Shown here: positions 1 through 8,941 of the stretch, in pieces
Numbering within the stretch: position 1 is the first letter of the stretch
How the letters are laid out: every line of letters starts with the position of its first letter
Assembly (NCBI GenBank): GCA_009927665.1
Contig: RFMM01000179.1
Span: 1-57,988 of the forward strand
Source of the DNA: Actinomycetota bacterium
GTDB taxonomy: Bacteria; Actinomycetota; Acidimicrobiia; Acidimicrobiales; Ilumatobacteraceae
Length of the DNA: 57,988 nt
Direction: 5' to 3'
The notes under the pieces: model-generated
The model's database searches: none
What the model was told of the DNA's origin: nothing
Seen by the model: only the letters and a program-made list of their open reading frames with translations
Made by a program: the position numbers and the translations under genes

Positions 1-645
1 TTACGTGGCTGCTACCACGAGCCGAAACGCATCAGGTCGAACCTTGACCGTCACGGCGCTGGCACGCCCGTAAGCGCGTTGATCGACCGCAATACGGCGG
101 GCTGAGCCTTTTGCCTGCCACTGCACCACGCTGCCTCGTGTCACGCTGAGGCTCGGGTGTGGCAGATGGTCTCCGAGACGCATGCGACGTCGTATCGCCC
201 GAACCGTGCGGGTGTTGCCCGTCGACCACACCAGCGCATCGGCGCGACCGTCATTGGGGTGTGAATTCGGCAAGATGTTCAGCTGTCGCAGAAAGCCACC
301 ACTCGACAGCCACCACTCAGGTCGAAACACGCCGCCAATCACCACCGACGAGACCGCGATCGTGGTGGTGCTTTGCCTGCCATGTTGAATCGTCAGTTCG
401 TAGGCATCGCAGGGCAACAAGCGACATGCATCACCCACCCGCGGCGGAATCACCCGGGCTCCAACCCCCACACCCAATGCGGTGAGAAGATCGCCTCGCA
501 GAAGTGCCACCGCAAGACGCTGTTGCGAACCTGCACGCAGATGCTCTGTGACCGCTCGGGCGAGACTCGACTCATCGCTGGCGACCACCAGTTCGTGGGG
601 CACGCGAGCCTCTTCGCCCCACTCGCGACCTGGCTCGATGGTCAC
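1..645 (-). CDS. hypothetical protein with a degenerate diacylglycerol-kinase/YegS-like fold (no GGDG loop seen)
   Basis: Complete 214-aa ORF with TAA at 1-3. The GTG start at 645 overlaps the helY stop (GTGA). The segment NILPNSHPNDGRADALVW resembles the P-x-A-x-x-DG strand of lipid-kinase accessory domains. Function is assigned from memory of the family only. Confidence 0.35.
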   Translation of the reverse strand: MTIEPGREWGEEARVPHELVVASDESSLARAVTEHLRAGSQQRLAVALLRGDLLTALGVGVGARVIPPRVGDACRLLPCDAYELTIQHGRQSTTTIAVSSVVIGGVFRPEWWLSSGGFLRQLNILPNSHPNDGRADALVWSTGNTRTVRAIRRRMRLGDHLPHPSLSVTRGSVVQWQAKGSARRIAVDQRAYGRASAVTVKVRPDAFRLVVAAT

Positions 646-3260
646 GACACGCCACCGATGGGCATCGTGCTGGCTGACAGCACGACTCCACGCAACACGC
701 GTTGCACGGCCTGCTCGGCGTTGACGCGAGTGGCAGGGTTCGGAGCATGAGCGGCGACCTGTCGTAAAAGGTCGATGAGCTGCTTCATCGTGCGCACAAA
801 GTCGCCGGGGGTGGTGTTGTCATCGAGCAGGTCGGCGAGTTCTCCGCCGTGTGCCCAGGTGGTCACCGTCGCCACGTATCCGGCGTCTGGTGCGCGATGT
901 GGTGTCAGCCCAGAGCTGGCCTCGTCGCGTTGCAGCCGCTTGCTCACGCCCTCGAGCTGCTTGAATCTCGAACGCAGCTGTGTGGAAGGAAACGTCGCAT
1001 CTGGCGGTGGTTCTGCACTGCGGTACTCGTAGACGAAGGTCGACACAAACGCGGCCAACGAGGTCGGATCAAGGTCGTCGAGCAAGCCGCTCGCTACCGA
1101 CTCGGCGACGAGCAGATCACATTCGTGAAACACTCGCGACAGCAAGACACCCCGAGGCGTCAGTTGCCAGTCGGTGACATAGCCCCATCTTTCGAGCAGG
1201 GCAATCACGTCATCAAATCGGCGACTCACCACTTCTGCTGCGCGGTCGGCACGAGCTTCAAGTTGGTCGAGTTCACGCTCGATGCGATCGGCCGACTTTG
1301 CGGCAGTCAACTTGAACTTGAGGTCGGGGTCTTTGGCGCACGGGTGCTGCTCACGCTCACTTGGTGGCGGGCTAGGTGGCCGCTCAAGCTTGAGGCGCAC
1401 GATCTTGTGGGCAAGCTCGCGCAAGACACGCGGATCACCTTGATCGATGATCTGACCTTGATGGCCGGTCACCGAAACACCATCGAGTGCAAGATGCGTC
1501 TCGGTTGATGCCGCGCGCACGAGTTCGTCAGCAGTCAGTGCCCGTAGTGCACGATTACCGAAGAGCACCTTGACCTTTACGCCTTTGGCTCGCACCGAGG
1601 TGCTGAGCACGAGACCTGGCTTGTCGTCAAACCAAGCAACGTCACCAGGTCGCAGTCGCATGAGGCTGGCCTCGATGGCACCGCGGTCTCGCTCACCCGG
1701 ATCACGTACGAAGCGGCGTCGATAGTCGTCGATGTCACCAAAATCGCTGTGCGCTTGCGCCCGCAGGCGGTCGGCCTCTTTGCGACGTTTGGTGATGCGG
1801 GCCTGCACCTCGACCACACCCCGACTCGCCTGATATTGCGCGAGCGACAGGTTCAGCAGGTGGCGGGTCTCTTGCGGCGAGTGCGTGCGCACGAGATTGA
1901 CCGCCATGTTGTAGGTCGTACGAAACGCCGAACTCAACCGAAACGTGCGACTTAGGGCCACGCTCGCAACCTGATCGAATGAGACATAGGGGTTCCACAC
2001 GACCACGGCGTGTCCGATGCTGTCGATGCCGCGGCGACCGGCACGACCGGTCAGCTGCGTGTATTCCGAGGCTTTGAGCGTCTCATGGTGTTCGCCGGTG
2101 AACTTCGACATCTTGTCGATCACTACCGCGCGTGCCGGCATGTTGATGCCTACTGCCAGGGTTTCGGTAGCGAACACCACCTTCACGAGGCCTCGCATAA
2201 ACAACGCCTCAACGATCTCTTTAAAGGTTGGCACCATGCCGGCGTGATGCGCAGCGATGCCTGACTCAACCTGGCCACAGAATGCGGTGAAGCCCAGCGC
2301 CGCGAGGTCATCGTCAGAAAGTCCGACCACTCGCGCGTCGACGATTTCGCGAATCTCATCACGCTCGACCGCCGAAGTGAGCACGAGCCCGCTCCTGGCG
2401 CATGCAGCGGCCGATTCATCGCACTGGTTGCGGCTGAAGATGAAGTAAATCGCCGGCAACAAGTCGTTGTCACGCAGCACGTCGAGCATGTCGAGTCGCG
2501 ATGGAGGAAACATTCGGCTGCGCTGACCTTTGCCGCCGCGACGGCGCTGCCGATCAAACGAACGCTCCCCTGCCTCTGCCTTCAGCACCTTTGGGTTTGG
2601 CATGCCGTCGACCAACGTTTCAGCCAGCACGATGTCGTGGGTGGTCTTGTCGCCGTAGGCATACATATTGCGCAGTTCGACGGGGCGCCGGCCCTCAACA
2701 ACGGCACGTGTGGGGCCCCGCACTGTCGTAAGCCACTCGGCGATCTCGTCGGCATTGCTCACTGTTGCCGACAAGGCCACGAGACGCACGGTCGGCTCGA
2801 GGTGAATGATCACCTCTTCCCACACTGGGCCGCGATAGGCATCTTGCAAGAAGTGCACCTCGTCGAGCACCACCACATGCAACGACTCGAGCGCCGGCGA
2901 GCGTGCATAAATCATGTTGCGTAGCACCTCGGTCGTCATCACCAGCAATGGCGCATCAACGTTTACGGCATTGTCGCCCGTGAGAAGCCCTACTCGATCA
3001 ATGCCGTAGTGACCGCACAAGTCGTGGTACTTCTGGTTTGACAACGCCTTAATCGGAGCGGTGTAGAAGCCACGCATGCCTGCTTCGATCGCCATCTCGA
3101 GGCCGTATTCCGCAATGACGGTCTTACCTGAACCGGTCGGCGCTGCCACGAGCACCGATTCGCCCGCGTCGAGCGCATCAAAGGCCTGCACCTGAAACGG
3201 ATCAGGAGCAAAGTCGTAACGAGCGAGGCGACGCTGGCGGGCCTCGCTTGAGGGGGTCAC
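642..3260 (-). CDS. helY: Ski2-like DEAD/DEAH-box RNA helicase HelY
   Basis: 872-aa ORF with APTGSGKT (Walker A), DEVH and SAT motifs and a long C-terminal Ski2/DSHCT-like region. The GTG start overlaps the tatC stop (GTGA). The tatC-helY adjacency is as in mycobacteria and streptomycetes. Confidence 0.9.
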   Translation of the reverse strand: MTPSSEARQRRLARYDFAPDPFQVQAFDALDAGESVLVAAPTGSGKTVIAEYGLEMAIEAGMRGFYTAPIKALSNQKYHDLCGHYGIDRVGLLTGDNAVNVDAPLLVMTTEVLRNMIYARSPALESLHVVVLDEVHFLQDAYRGPVWEEVIIHLEPTVRLVALSATVSNADEIAEWLTTVRGPTRAVVEGRRPVELRNMYAYGDKTTHDIVLAETLVDGMPNPKVLKAEAGERSFDRQRRRGGKGQRSRMFPPSRLDMLDVLRDNDLLPAIYFIFSRNQCDESAAACARSGLVLTSAVERDEIREIVDARVVGLSDDDLAALGFTAFCGQVESGIAAHHAGMVPTFKEIVEALFMRGLVKVVFATETLAVGINMPARAVVIDKMSKFTGEHHETLKASEYTQLTGRAGRRGIDSIGHAVVVWNPYVSFDQVASVALSRTFRLSSAFRTTYNMAVNLVRTHSPQETRHLLNLSLAQYQASRGVVEVQARITKRRKEADRLRAQAHSDFGDIDDYRRRFVRDPGERDRGAIEASLMRLRPGDVAWFDDKPGLVLSTSVRAKGVKVKVLFGNRALRALTADELVRAASTETHLALDGVSVTGHQGQIIDQGDPRVLRELAHKIVRLKLERPPSPPPSEREQHPCAKDPDLKFKLTAAKSADRIERELDQLEARADRAAEVVSRRFDDVIALLERWGYVTDWQLTPRGVLLSRVFHECDLLVAESVASGLLDDLDPTSLAAFVSTFVYEYRSAEPPPDATFPSTQLRSRFKQLEGVSKRLQRDEASSGLTPHRAPDAGYVATVTTWAHGGELADLLDDNTTPGDFVRTMKQLIDLLRQVAAHAPNPATRVNAEQAVQRVLRGVVLSASTMPIGGVS

Positions 3261-4027
3261 GCCTCGGCCGTCTTAGAGCGCTGCCATAATGCGAGCGCAC
3301 CAACGGCGACGGCGATCAAATACAAGACAGTCAACGGCACACCAAGCGCGAACAACGTAAACGGATCACCGCTCGGCGTGATCACTGCCGCAACCACGAA
3401 GATGATCACGATTGCATAGCGCCATTGGGTGATGAGAGTACGAGGCGTTACCACCTCGACGAGCTGCAAGAACACCAGCAGCACCGGCGAGAGAAAGCCG
3501 ACACCAAAGGCCAGCATCATCAGCACGACGAGGTTGACATATTTGTTGATTTGGTAGTTCTGCGTCACGTCTTCACCCGACCAGCCGATGAGAAACTGCA
3601 GCGCCTTGTCGAGCGTCCAATACGCAAGATAGGCACCCAATGCGAAGAGCAGCACCGAAGACACGATGAACATCACTGAGTAACGCTGTTCTCGCTTGGT
3701 GAGCGCGGGCACGATGAATCGCCAGACGTTCCACAGCACGACGGGAAGTGCCACCACTACGCCACCCCACAACGCGATGCGCATGCGCGCCGAAAACCCG
3801 TCGATGGGGCCCAAGGCGTACAACATGCCGTCGCAATTTAGGCTCGCATTCGTGGCACAGAGTTCTCGATATGGCGCAGTAAGAAACTTGAGCACAGGTT
3901 CATACGCGATGAGCAACGCGATTGCTCCGACTGCAATCGCCAAGATCGAATACACCAGCCGCGTGCGCAACTCAGCAAGGTGCTGCATGATGGTCATTTC
4001 TTTCGAACGACCGCGCGTGCGTGCCAT
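3257..4027 (-). CDS. tatC: twin-arginine translocase subunit TatC
   Basis: Polytopic membrane protein beginning MQHLAELRTRL, with a typical TatC hydrophobic pattern. I place the start at the ATG at 4027 (MARTRG...), 1 nt after the upstream TGA, rather than at the ORF-track start 4099, which overlaps the upstream gene. Confidence 0.9.
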   Translation of the reverse strand: MARTRGRSKEMTIMQHLAELRTRLVYSILAIAVGAIALLIAYEPVLKFLTAPYRELCATNASLNCDGMLYALGPIDGFSARMRIALWGGVVVALPVVLWNVWRFIVPALTKREQRYSVMFIVSSVLLFALGAYLAYWTLDKALQFLIGWSGEDVTQNYQINKYVNLVVLMMLAFGVGFLSPVLLVFLQLVEVVTPRTLITQWRYAIVIIFVVAAVITPSGDPFTLFALGVPLTVLYLIAVAVGALALWQRSKTAEA

Positions 4028-4028
4028 G

Positions 4029-4382
4029 TCAGTGCTCTGTCGGGTCTGTGGCTGAGTCGGGCTGCGAGGTGCCACCGTCAGATTCCGCCTCGCTCTCACC
4101 CTTTGCTGATGCCGCCGATGTGCCCTGACGGAAGTTCGGCGTCGCCAAGTGTGGCATCTTGCCCTCGAACACGTCTCGTGCCGCCGACTGCGTCTCTTTG
4201 AGTTGCTTCATCGGCTCATCCATCGCCTTTTGAACTTCGCGCTGCACATTGTCGGTGATGTTGCGAATCTCGCGATAGATCTTGCCGACGCGCTTCATGG
4301 CGCCCGGGAGCTTCTCGGGGCCGAGCACTACCAGACCGAGCACGGCGATGATCAGCAGTTCGCTGCCCGACAGGTTGAACAC
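4029..4382 (-). CDS. tatB: Sec-independent translocase, TatA/B family, TatB-like
   Basis: 117 aa with a GTG start. The N-terminal MFNLSGSELLIIAVLGLVVLGPEKLPGA matches the TatB signature (GLVVLGPE[RK]LPGA) rather than TatA (FGAKKLP). An amphipathic helix and acidic tail follow. Confidence 0.75.
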   Translation of the reverse strand: MFNLSGSELLIIAVLGLVVLGPEKLPGAMKRVGKIYREIRNITDNVQREVQKAMDEPMKQLKETQSAARDVFEGKMPHLATPNFRQGTSAASAKGESEAESDGGTSQPDSATDPTEH

Positions 4383-4404
4383 GTCGCAAGCCTAGAGTTG
4401 CGCC

Positions 4405-5127
4405 GTGCAACAGCGCTTACCCTCGCATTTAGCGGAACCTTGGCTGTTTGCGCACCGGGGCGCACGGGCGCACGAGCGTGAAAACACCATGGATTCATTC
4501 CGCTTGGCACACCGCCTTGGTGCCACGGGCATCGAGAGCGATGTGTGGTTGACGCGTGACGGCGTGGCGGTGCTTGATCACGATGGCGTCGTCGGCGGCA
4601 GGTTTCGACGCCGTGCAATCGATAGCACTGACGTTGCCGATTTGCCTCGCCACATTCCTCAGCTCACTGAACTGCTCGATTTCGCCGACGTTCACCACCT
4701 TGCGGTCTCGCTTGACATCAAAGATGCTGCGGCCTTCGCGCCAACTCGTGACCTGATCGTGGCCCGAGGTTCGTCATTCATCGATCGCACCTATCTGTGC
4801 TTTGACAACTTCGACATTCTGCGCGACATGATGCCTGATGCCAGAGGGGTTCACATCGTCGACTCATCACGGTTGTCACGCATCAAAGAAGGCCCCGAAC
4901 GTCGAATCGCCACACTGGCGTCGCTCGGGGTCGCTGCCCTCAATATGCACCACTCTGATTGGAACGGTGGACTCGTCACCCTCGCTCATCGATTCGAGCG
5001 TCTGGCATTTGCGTGGGACGCCCAGTTTGAGCCCGTGCTCACCGCACTCTTGCGAATGGGAGCCGATGCAATCTTTAGCGACTGGGTCGACCGCATGGTT
5101 GATGCGGCACGGGCGACGCGCAACTGA
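4405..5127 (+). CDS. glycerophosphodiester phosphodiesterase (GDPD) family protein
   Basis: AHRGARAHERENT (HR...ENT), ESDVWLTRDGVAVLDHD and a 240-aa length are typical of GDPD. Confidence 0.8.
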   Translation: MQQRLPSHLAEPWLFAHRGARAHERENTMDSFRLAHRLGATGIESDVWLTRDGVAVLDHDGVVGGRFRRRAIDSTDVADLPRHIPQLTELLDFADVHHLAVSLDIKDAAAFAPTRDLIVARGSSFIDRTYLCFDNFDILRDMMPDARGVHIVDSSRLSRIKEGPERRIATLASLGVAALNMHHSDWNGGLVTLAHRFERLAFAWDAQFEPVLTALLRMGADAIFSDWVDRMVDAARATRN

Positions 5128-5186
5128 ACGGGCAGCAACCTGGTGACAGTGGCACGACGGCGTCACCGCGCCTCGTGTTTATCGCG

Positions 5187-5798
5187 TTACAGCAACGTGA
5201 TGCTGTCAAATGGCCAGATAACCAGCATTGCTTTGCCACGAATCAGATCACGGTCGATCGGCCCGAACATGCGACTATCAAACGACATCGGGCGATTGTC
5301 GCCGATAAGAAACACCTGGTTCTCCCCCACTTGCACTGGGTCAAGGTTCGCCGTGCCGCAGTTCGATTCTGGGCTCACCTCGGGTGCCACATCGGCAAGC
5401 CATGGTTCAACGATTGGCGTTCCATCGATCAACACCTGACAATCACGAATCTCAACGGTTTCGCCGCTCAGCCCGATAACCCGTTTGATCAGGTCGTCGT
5501 GTTGCACCGTATCGCCGTTCGTCGTGATGCGATCAAAAACGATCACGTCACCGCGTTGCGGGTCACCGACGCGATACGCCAGCTTGTTGACGAGCACGCG
5601 GTCGTTGCCCCAGAGTGTGGTTTCCATTGAGGGTCCGGCGATGTAGTACTGCTGCACCACGAAAGTGCGCAGCAATGTGGCGATAACGACGGCCACCACG
5701 ATGACCGTGACCCACTCGCGAATCTGTCGCCATCCACGTCGGCGACTCTCATCGTCGTGCGCGACGCTGGGCGAAAGGTCATCGGTCACCGTTGCCAC
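5187..5798 (-). CDS. lepB: signal peptidase I
   Basis: One TM segment, then GPSMETTL (catalytic Ser), KRVIGLSGE (Lys box) and GDNRPMSFDSR. The ORF track extends to 5888, but that overlaps pafA. GTG codons at 5798 or 5789 lie just downstream of the pafA stop. Confidence 0.85.
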   Translation of the reverse strand: MATVTDDLSPSVAHDDESRRRGWRQIREWVTVIVVAVVIATLLRTFVVQQYYIAGPSMETTLWGNDRVLVNKLAYRVGDPQRGDVIVFDRITTNGDTVQHDDLIKRVIGLSGETVEIRDCQVLIDGTPIVEPWLADVAPEVSPESNCGTANLDPVQVGENQVFLIGDNRPMSFDSRMFGPIDRDLIRGKAMLVIWPFDSITLL

Positions 5799-5827
5799 GC
5801 TAGTTCTGACGCCAGCCGGCTGCTGCC

Positions 5828-7201
5828 TTAGAGCGAGGCGATGAGTTTGTCGACCCGATCGTCGTGGTTCTTGAACGGGTCTTTGCACAACACGGTGCGT
5901 TGCGCCTGGTCGTTCAACTTGAGGTGCACCCAGTCGACGGTGAAGTCACGCTTGCGTTCTTTGGCCCGCTTGATGAACTCACCGCGCAACCGGGCACGGG
6001 TGGTTTGCGGGGCAACCTCGCGGGCGCGGTCGATGGAGGTGTCGTCACAGACACGTTCGACCAAGCCGCGAGCCTGCATCTTGTAGAACACACCCCGCTG
6101 TTGATCTATGTCGTGATATTGCAGGTCGAGCATGTGCACACGTGGGTCATCAAGCAAGAGGCCATGGCGGGCGCGAAACTCTTCGATCAGTCGATATTTG
6201 ATCACCCAGTCGACTTCGCGATCGAGTTTCATCGGGTCATTTTCCAACGCGACGATGCAGTGTTCCCACATCTCGAGTGCGCGCTGCTCTTCTGGGCTGA
6301 AGCCGCGCTGGTCAGCGAACCGAAGCGCTCGATCAAGCAGTTCGCGCTGAATGTCGAGAGCAGACAATTCACGGCCGCTGGCAAGCCGAACTTTGCGCCG
6401 ACACGTGAGGTCATGGCTGATGTCGCGAATCGCACGAATCGGATTCTCAAGGGTGAGATCGCGCAGCACCGTGACAGGGTCTTCGATCATCCGCAGAACG
6501 CATGCCGCAGAGCCAATTTTCACGAAGTTGGTGTATTCACTCATGTTCGAGTCGCCAACGATGACGTGCAAGCGTCGGAAGCGCTCTGAATCGGCATGTG
6601 GCTCATCGCGCGTGTTGATAATCGGTCTACTGCGGGTGGTGGCGCTGCTGACGCCTTCCCAAATGTGTTCGGCGCGTTGCGCGATCGAATAGATCGGCCC
6701 CCGGGCCGTCTGCATGATGTGACCCGCGCCAGTGAAGATCTGGCGTGAAACTAAAAACGGAATCAATGTCTCGGCATAATGCGAAAGATCGTCGGAGCGA
6801 GTCGTGAGATAGTTCTCGTGGCAGCCATAGCTGTTGCCTGCTGAATCGATGTTGTTCTTGAAGAGATAAATCGTGCCGCGTATGCCCTCATCACGCAAAC
6901 GCTGTTCGGCGCCTGACACGAGGTGTTCAAGCACCCGTTCGCCTGCTCGGTCGTGGGTGACACATTCAAGAATCGAGTCGCATTCGGGCGTCGCATATTC
7001 AGGGTGCGAACCGACATCGAGATACAGGCGTGCACCATTTTCCAAAAACACATTGCTTGAGCGTCCCCACGACACCACCTTGCGGAAGAGATACCTCGCC
7101 ACTTCGTCGGGGCTCAGGCGACGTTGCCCACGCAAGGTGCAAGTAACGCCGTACTCGGTCTCAATGCCAAAGATGCGCCGAGAGAGCTCGGGAGTGCGCA
7201 T
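5828..7201 (-). CDS. pafA: Pup--protein ligase PafA
   Basis: 457 aa with N-terminal FGIETEYG and the carboxylate-amine ligase fold motifs. It lacks the roughly 40-aa Dop loop present in the paralog at 8942-10451. The ATG overlaps the prcA TGA by 1 nt (TGATG). Confidence 0.9.
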   Translation of the reverse strand: MRTPELSRRIFGIETEYGVTCTLRGQRRLSPDEVARYLFRKVVSWGRSSNVFLENGARLYLDVGSHPEYATPECDSILECVTHDRAGERVLEHLVSGAEQRLRDEGIRGTIYLFKNNIDSAGNSYGCHENYLTTRSDDLSHYAETLIPFLVSRQIFTGAGHIMQTARGPIYSIAQRAEHIWEGVSSATTRSRPIINTRDEPHADSERFRRLHVIVGDSNMSEYTNFVKIGSAACVLRMIEDPVTVLRDLTLENPIRAIRDISHDLTCRRKVRLASGRELSALDIQRELLDRALRFADQRGFSPEEQRALEMWEHCIVALENDPMKLDREVDWVIKYRLIEEFRARHGLLLDDPRVHMLDLQYHDIDQQRGVFYKMQARGLVERVCDDTSIDRAREVAPQTTRARLRGEFIKRAKERKRDFTVDWVHLKLNDQAQRTVLCKDPFKNHDDRVDKLIASL

Positions 7202-7881
7202 CAGCCGACTGCTTGTGCCACCACGTCGTCTGACAAACGGGTGAACGCACGGCGCTTGCCATTACGCACCAGCGTGGCCACCTCAAGATCTGTAGCAACG
7301 ATTTTGCGCTCGCTTCCGCTCAACGCTTCGACGGCTACGCGCACCGCAGCGCCAACATCAAGGTCGTCGCGATAGGCGTTCGTCAGACGAGCGGCAATAC
7401 CTTCGGCATCGCCACCGAGCACGCAGAATCGCTTCTCGTCGAGCAGGGTGCCGTCGTACAAGATGTGAAACAGGCGATCTGCGGCCGGCGTGTCGCCAAC
7501 TTCGGCGACGAGCAGCTCGACCTCCAGGGGCTTGGGCCCCATTGTCGAGAAGACGTCGCCGAGCACTTGTGCGTATTGATTGGCGAGACTGCGGGCGTCG
7601 ACGTCGTGGCGCGAATACTGGTACCCGCGCAGCTCGGCCGCACGCACACCTGAGACCCGCAACTGGTCGAACTCGTTGTACTTACCGACACCGGCAAAGG
7701 CGATGCGGTCGTAGATCTCGCTCACTTTGCGCAGGGTCGTCGAGGGGTTCTCGGCAACGATCACGATGCCCGTCGGGGTCTGCATCGCCACCAATGCGCG
7801 GCCACGGGCGATTCCTTTACGGGCGTAGTCGGCCCGATCTTTCATCATCTGTTCGGGTGAGACGTAGAACGGCATGCTCAT
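7201..7881 (-). CDS. prcA: 20S proteasome alpha subunit
   Basis: 226 aa, [28 protein letters not shown] is a typical PrcA N-terminus. ATGA overlap with prcB. Confidence 0.92.
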   Translation of the reverse strand: MSMPFYVSPEQMMKDRADYARKGIARGRALVAMQTPTGIVIVAENPSTTLRKVSEIYDRIAFAGVGKYNEFDQLRVSGVRAAELRGYQYSRHDVDARSLANQYAQVLGDVFSTMGPKPLEVELLVAEVGDTPAADRLFHILYDGTLLDEKRFCVLGGDAEGIAARLTNAYRDDLDVGAAVRVAVEALSGSERKIVATDLEVATLVRNGKRRAFTRLSDDVVAQAVG

Positions 7882-8669
7882 CGCTTGCGCACCTCGCCCA
7901 TGATCGTCTCGTAGGTTGCCGCGAGCGTTGCGTCAGCGACACGGTTCCAGCCGCTGGAGTCGATCGATGCAACCACCGGATAAATGCCCCGCAAGATGTC
8001 GGGACCACCAGTCGCCGTATCGGCATCTGAGGCTTCCCACAACGACCGTGCAGCCAATGCGATGGCATCGTCGCGCGTCAGACCCTGTCGCCAGCCCAAC
8101 CGAAGCACAGTGCCTGCCAGCGTCGAACCTGAACCAGTTGCCACGAAGTCACGCTCCTCATAGCGACCGCCAGTGATGTCGAAGTCCCACAGGCGTCCGC
8201 GACCTGCGAGCGGGTCGAAGCCGGCGAAGAGTGGCACCACGACGATGTTGGCTTGCAACGCCGCAGGCAGGTTCTGGCGAACCAGCATCGACAGCTGGTT
8301 TGCCTTGCCCTCAAGTGACAAAGGCTGACCTTCAACCTTTTCGTAGTACTCGAGCTGCAGCTGAAACACCTTGATCATTTCCATGGCGGGTCCCGCCGTG
8401 CCGGCGATGGCGACGCCACTCAATTCGTCAGCCTGCACGACCTTTTCCATCGTGCGATGGCTAATCGTCATGCCAGCAGTTGCTCGTCGATCGCCCGCCA
8501 TGACGACGCCACCGTCGTAGGTCAATGCGATGCAGGTGGTGGCGTGTGGCAGCACACCGGCTGAGCCAACATTTGAAGGAAACGGGTTTAGACCGACTCG
8601 CTTCAGCAATTCAGGAAAGCTGGCGCCAGGGTCGTCAGTCGGAGAAAATCTGGGCAACGTCATGGTCAA
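7878..8669 (-). CDS. prcB: 20S proteasome beta subunit with propeptide
   Basis: 263 aa. A propeptide is followed by ...LPHA/TTCIALTYDGGVVMAGDRR, giving an N-terminal Thr nucleophile after processing. The start is TTG at 8669 or ATG at 8663. Confidence 0.92.
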   Translation of the reverse strand: MTMTLPRFSPTDDPGASFPELLKRVGLNPFPSNVGSAGVLPHATTCIALTYDGGVVMAGDRRATAGMTISHRTMEKVVQADELSGVAIAGTAGPAMEMIKVFQLQLEYYEKVEGQPLSLEGKANQLSMLVRQNLPAALQANIVVVPLFAGFDPLAGRGRLWDFDITGGRYEERDFVATGSGSTLAGTVLRLGWRQGLTRDDAIALAARSLWEASDADTATGGPDILRGIYPVVASIDSSGWNRVADATLAATYETIMGEVRKR

Positions 8670-8699
8670 ATCTGAAGTCGGCGAGACCGCGGCGCGGCT

Positions 8700-8903
8700 C
8701 TACTGCCCACCCTTTTGCACGTAGCTCTTCACGAAATCTTCGGCGTTGGTCTCAAGCACTTCGTCGATGTCGTCGAGTAGATCGTCGAGTTCAGCCTTGA
8801 GTCGATCTGTGTTGTCGGCGTTGTGCTGTTCAGAGGTTTCGACCTCACTCGGCTTCTCTTCGCGCGGTGACGATGGGCGCTGCTTCTTGGTGCGTTCAGC
8901 CAT
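8700..8903 (-). CDS. pup: prokaryotic ubiquitin-like protein Pup (C-terminal GGQ)
   Basis: 67 aa starting [12 protein letters not shown] and ending [12 protein letters not shown], disordered and acidic. The conserved LDDLLDEID-like helix is present ([12 protein letters not shown]). The ORF-track start at 9011 would overlap dop, so the ATG at 8903 is preferred. Confidence 0.9.
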   Translation of the reverse strand: MAERTKKQRPSSPREEKPSEVETSEQHNADNTDRLKAELDDLLDDIDEVLETNAEDFVKSYVQKGGQ

Positions 8904-8941
8904 GGCAAGTACCATAGCAACGCCCGCCAGCGTGCCGACAC

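Noticed and set aside
5142-5167. Hairpin ggtgac-N14-gtcacc between the convergent GDPD and lepB genes, considered as a terminator.
   Set aside because: It has only 6 bp with a 14-nt loop and no U-tract, so it is too weak to call.
5864-6589. Long antisense ORFs opposite well-supported genes: 5864-6589 (pafA), 10463-11062 and 11426-11992 (mpa), 13961-14719 (dacB), 16089-16712, 17993-18946 (tkt), 38769-39539 (ctaA), 41063-41725, 42692-43330, 52132-52716 and 54927-55634.
   Set aside because: These are typical shadow ORFs of a high-GC genome. Their translations are Arg/Ala/Pro/Ser-rich with no recognisable motifs, and the opposite strand carries strongly motif-supported genes.
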